Of a stretch of 64,000 nucleotides of DNA, positions 60,901 to 64,000 are shown piece by piece; the stretch's first letter is position 1; each line of letters begins with the position of its first letter. The translations under genes were made by a program, and so were the position numbers. The notes under the pieces are model-generated. The model saw only the letters and a program-made list of their open reading frames with translations, did not search any database and was not told the DNA's origin. This DNA comes from an uncultured Acidobacteriota bacterium (lineage in GTDB: Bacteria; Acidobacteriota; Blastocatellia; RBC074), in assembly GCA_963796275.1 (NCBI GenBank), contig CAWCKY010000006.1:96001-160000 (forward strand), in the 5' to 3' direction.

Positions 60901-63900
60901 GCGATTCGTCAGGAGGCGCCCGCGACCCCCGCAATAGGGTGGAAGAGATTCTGGCCGGGGTCTGGGCTCAGGTTCTCGGCATTAAGCAGGTGGGAATACA
61001 CGATGACTTCTTCGAGATGGGCGGCGATTCCATTCTCAGTATTCAGGTAGTCAGCAAAGCTAATCAGGAGGGGCTGCGTGTAACTCCCAGGCATATCTTC
61101 CAGCATCCGACTATCGCCGAGCTGGCCTTGGTGGTGGATACAGCCGTGACGATCCAGGCCGAGCAGGGGCTGGTGAAGGGGCAATTCCCGCTGACGCCGA
61201 TCCAGCATTGGTTCTTTGAACAGAATCTTCCTGAACCGCATTATTGGAACCAGGCGATTTTGCTAGATGTGCGGCAGGCGCTGGACCCCTCGCTCTTGCA
61301 GCGGGCTGTCGGGCTATTGCTTGCGCATCACGACGCTCTGAGGCTGCGCTTCGAGCGATATGAATCGGGTTGGCGCCAGAACAATGCCGGATGGGATGAA
61401 GCGGATCGATCCTTGATCACATTCGCCCGCGTCGATCTGGCGGACGTTACCGAACGTGAACGAAGCGCGGCTATTGAAGCCAAGGCGGCAGAGTGGCAGG
61501 AGAGTTTGAATTTATCGCAAGGGCCGCTGCTGCGTGTGGTGCTCTTCGATCTCGGACCACGGCAATCCAGCCGTCTGCTGATCTTGATTCATCATCTGGC
61601 GATTGATGGAGTCGCCTGGCGCATCCTGGTGGAAGACTTGATGACCGCCTACCAGCAATTGAGCCGGGGCGAGAATGCGCAACTGCCGCCCAAGACGACT
61701 TCCTTCGGAGATTGGGCCCAAAAATTGGCGGCGTATGCGCGAACGACCGAGCTGAAACAGGAGTTGGGGTATTGGCTGGCACCGGCCCGCGTCAGGGTGC
61801 CTCGCCTGCCAATGGATTATCCGGAGGGGCCCTGGGCCAACACTGAAGTCTCCGCCCGCGTCGTGTCGGTCTCGTTGACCGTTGAAGAAACACAGGCTCT
61901 GTTGCATGAAATTCCGAGCGCATATCGGACTCAGATCAACGATCTATTATTGACGGCTCTCGCACAATCCTTCTCGCAAATGACCGAGTCGCGAGCGCTG
62001 TTGGTTGATCTGGAAGGCCACGGACGGGAAGCGATATTTGACGACGTGGACCTCTCGCGCACCGTGGGCTGGTTCACGGCGATCTTTCCGGTGCTCTTGA
62101 ATCTGGAAGCTTGGGAGCCGGGAGAGGCTTTAAAGTCGATCAAAGAGCAGCTTCGCGCCATTCCGAACCGAGGCGTCGGCTATGGTCTGCTGCGTTACTT
62201 GAGTGGAGATGAAGAGATCGCCGCGCAGTTGCGACAATTGCCGCAAGCCGAAGTGAGCTTCAACTATCTGGGCCAGTTCGATCAACTGCTGCCTGAAGGG
62301 GCGCTGTTCGGGCCAGCCACGGAATCCGTCGGGCCGGCACGTAGCCCGCGGGATCTCGCCGCTATCCGCTGGAAATCAATGCATTCATCACCGGAGGCAG
62401 ATTGCAGTTGGAGTGGACCTACAGCGAGCGCATTCATCGCCCCGAGACAATCGAATATCTGGCCCAAAGTTATGCTTCGGCCCTGCGCGCGCTCATCTCC
62501 CATTGCCTGTCTGCAGAAGCAGGCGGTTACACTCCCTCGGACTTCCCGCTGGCGAATTTGAAGCAGTCGAAGCTGGATTGGCTGACCGGCGCGGATCGCG
62601 AAATCGAAGACATTTATCCGCTGGCGTCCGTGCAGGAGGGGATGCTCTTCTACACTCTTTTAACGCCGGAGTCCGGAGCTTATGTCACTCAGATGATCTA
62701 TCAACTGGAAGGCTTAAACGTCGAAGCGATGAAGCGGGCCTGGCAACGGGTCTTGGACCGTCATCCGGTTTTGCGAACCGCCTTCGTCTGGAAGAACCTC
62801 GATAACCCGCTTCAGATAGTCCGCCGGCGGGTGGATTTGGGCATAGAGGAAGAAGACTGGCGCGGGATATCTCCTGATGAGCGAAAAGAGCGCTTTGACA
62901 ACTTTTTGAAAGCGGAGTCCTCGCGCGGTTTCCCGCTTTCCCAGGCGCCGCTGATGCGGATGACGCTTTTCCGGGCGTCGGAGACTAGCTATCAATTAGT
63001 CTGGACCTACCACCATCTATTACTTGACGGTTGGTCTGTGCCATTGCTGGTCAAAGAATTTCTGAGTTTCTATGAAGCTTTTGACAAAGGGCAGGAGTTA
63101 CAAGCGGAGCGCGGCCGTCCCTATCGTGACTATATCGAATGGCACAGGCGGCAAGCCCATTCCAGTGCTGAGGCGTTCTGGCGGAGGTTGCTCAAAGGCT
63201 TCGCCTCACCCACACCACTGGGGTCGCTCGGGGCGATAACGGATCAATCGCTGAAGGAGAGCGGGTATGCCGAGCAAGAAGTCAGGCTGGATGAAGCGAC
63301 GACGGACGCCCTTTATTTCTTTGTTCGAAGTCAGCGGCTGACCCTGAACATTCTATCGCAGGCGGTTTGGTCATTGATGTTGTCCCATTACAGCGGCAGC
63401 AAGGATGTTGTTTTCGGCGCTACCCTTTCGGGACGGCCGGTCGATTTACCGGGCGCGGAGACGATGATCGGTTTGTTCATCAACACGCTGCCGGTTAGGG
63501 CGCGAGTCGCGCCGGAGATGCCATTGACGCAGTGGCTGAGAGAACTGCAAGCGCAGCAAGCGGAGATACTGCCATATGAGAGCAGCCCGCTCAATGAGGT
63601 CCAGCGGTGGAGCGATGTTCCACAGGATAAGCCTCTGTTTGAAAGCATCGTAGTTTTCGAGAACTTTCCGATGGATGGCGTCCAGTCGCTCCAGGACCGA
63701 GGTCTGAAGTTTGTCAACACCGGCTTCATTATTAGGAACAACTTCCCTCTCACGCTGAGAGTCGTGCCTGGTTCACGGTTGTTATTGAATATTCTGTATG
63801 ACAACGGACGATTTGCGGCCGATACCATCGCCGGGGCGCTGGCGCAGTTTGAAATGCTGTTGCGGAACATCGTCGCTCAGCCCGAGGTCAAACTGTCAGA

Positions 63901-64000
63901 GTGCCTGGAAACGCTGGCCGAAGCCGACCGCCGCCGCCGGGGCATGAAAGAGGAAGAATTCAAAGCTGTCAGCCGTCAGAAATTGCGAAATATCAGGCGG
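57981..64000 (+). CDS. NRPS C(DCL)-A(Asn)-PCP-E-C(DCL), running off the window; 1-nt frameshift at 62350-62352
   Basis: C: HHLLLDG. A code read by eye DATKIGEVGK (Asn type). PCP: MGGDSI. Intact E motifs HHLAID, EGHGRE, RTVGWF. Adding one G restores SPRGSRRYPLEIN...TPSDFP...IEDIYPL...HHLLLDGW, open to 64000. Confidence 0.9.

Noticed and set aside
62341-62561. Programmed ribosomal frameshift or genuine protein end at 62561
   Set aside because: No slippery heptamer is evident, and the domain continues cleanly in the alternative frame, so an indel is the simpler explanation.
25633-64000. Assignment to a named compound or to a siderophore
   Set aside because: No module order I recognise, no TonB receptor or chelator-biosynthesis genes in the window, and the cluster is incomplete (no TE seen).

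Overview
GC-rich bacterial DNA; every credible gene is on the + strand. The window has three blocks. (1) 1-20111: the end of an RND efflux operon, ppk2, a membrane PP2C phosphatase, then a glycogen/fermentation cluster (ackA, pflA, glgP, tal, xfp, gap, ldh, tkt). In this cluster several genes have collapsed to their two ends (a pta-like acyltransferase, pflB as a 76-aa glycyl-radical mini-protein, and probably others), and the tkt 5' end is duplicated. (2) 20112-25624: a junction zone with an integrase scrap, an Nramp-like transporter, a ~1.27-kb non-coding tandem duplication and a TPR gene that looks N-terminally truncated. (3) 25633-64000 and beyond: a large hybrid type I PKS/NRPS cluster. 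Its docking and domain motifs point to a non-colinear lipopeptide assembly line. Predicted features are a Phe-derived statine, Val, a TauD/interface-domain Glu module, a PKS with a DH inserted inside its KR and a degenerate E domain, and D-Asn. A family of period-7 repeat hairpins with several unrelated unit sequences, plus REP-like palindromes, occurs throughout, both between genes and in frame inside the megasynthases. Three single-base G-run indels suggest long-read consensus errors. All calls were made by eye, without database searches.
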